Assembly: GCA_951406725.2 (NCBI GenBank)
Contig: OX597818.1
Span: forward strand, 15,872,001-15,936,000
Length of the DNA stretch: 64,000 nucleotides
DNA from: Octopus vulgaris
Taxonomy: Eukaryota
Direction of reading: 5' to 3'
The notes under the pieces were generated by a model. It was not told the origin of the DNA. It made no database searches and saw only the letters and a list, made by a program, of their open reading frames with translations. A program made the position numbers and the translations under genes. Below are positions 63,365 through 64,000 of this stretch, piece by piece (position 1 is the first letter of the stretch; each line of letters starts with the position of its first letter).

Positions 63365-63578
63365 AAGGTAGCGAGCTGGCAAAAACGTTAGCATGCCAGG
63401 CAAAATGCTTAGCAATATTTTGTCTGTCTCTATGTTCTGAGTTCAAATTCCATCAAGATTGACTTTACCTTTTATCCTTTCAGGGTCAATGAATTAAATA
63501 CCAGTTGCATACTGGGGTCGATCTAATCATCTGGCCTCCTCCCCCAAAATTTCAAGCCTTGTGCTTAGAGTAGAAAAA
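63365..63578 (+). mobile_element. Nin-type SINE
   Basis: GAGCTGGCAAAAACGTTAGC head, GAGTTCAAATTCC B-box, core. Confidence 0.85.
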
Positions 63579-63824
63579 AATATATGGATTCAGGTAATCC
63601 AGTAGTACTCATAAAAAAGCTCCTTAATGTATCATTATGCAAAACATATAGAATATATAGCATGATACAAAAGAAATGATAATATAAATTATTTACATGT
63701 TCTTAAGTTATGAAACAATTTGTTGTGGTATTAGAATTTTCTTATTGTTAAATAAAATTTCATCAAACTATTTCTCTGTCATTTATGATTTTATACACAT
63801 AAATATATATACATATATATCTTT

Positions 63825-64000
63825 TACCTTTTATCTTTTACTTGTTTCAGTCATTTGACTACAGTTATGCTGCGGCACTACCTTGAAGGTTTTAGTTGAA
63901 CAAATCGACCCCAGTACCTATTTTATTAAAACCTGGTACTTATTCTATCAGTCTCTTTTGCTAAAAGAGTTGTCAAGTGGTGATGGTGGACAAACCCAAA
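63825..64000 (-). mobile_element. 3' part of the abundant SINE
   Basis: TTTTACTTGTTTCAGTCATTTGACT tail. Confidence 0.8.

Overview
AT-rich, microsatellite-dense animal genomic DNA with no intact host gene visible. The SINE/LINE families and the (TA)n/(TACA)n/(GAT)n landscape look like an Octopus genome; this is my inference and was not checked. Most of the window is nested, decayed mobile DNA. It holds RTE-clade LINEs of at least three families (one with a PHD-like finger inside the RT ORF and a hairpin-repeat 3' UTR, one with C-terminal C2H2 fingers), two R4/Dong-type non-LTR fragments and a Gypsy integrase remnant. DNA transposon relics include Tc1/mariner elements of several families (DD34D mariner, DD37D maT, rosa-like DD46, Tc1) and hAT, piggyBac and Mutator-like MITEs. 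There are also four or more tRNA-derived SINE types and a tRNA-Ala pseudogene. Almost all listed ORFs are microsatellite or repeat artefacts. Most notable: (i) short Penelope-type elements carrying minimal type I hammerhead ribozyme motifs, some with variant cores; (ii) four Tc1/mariner relics whose two ends derive from the same end of the parent; (iii) 5'-inverted RTE insertions; (iv) a CpG-retaining unique island near 17 kb; (v) a phase-compatible pair of candidate host exons. Everything was read by eye; edges without a TSD or TIR are approximate.
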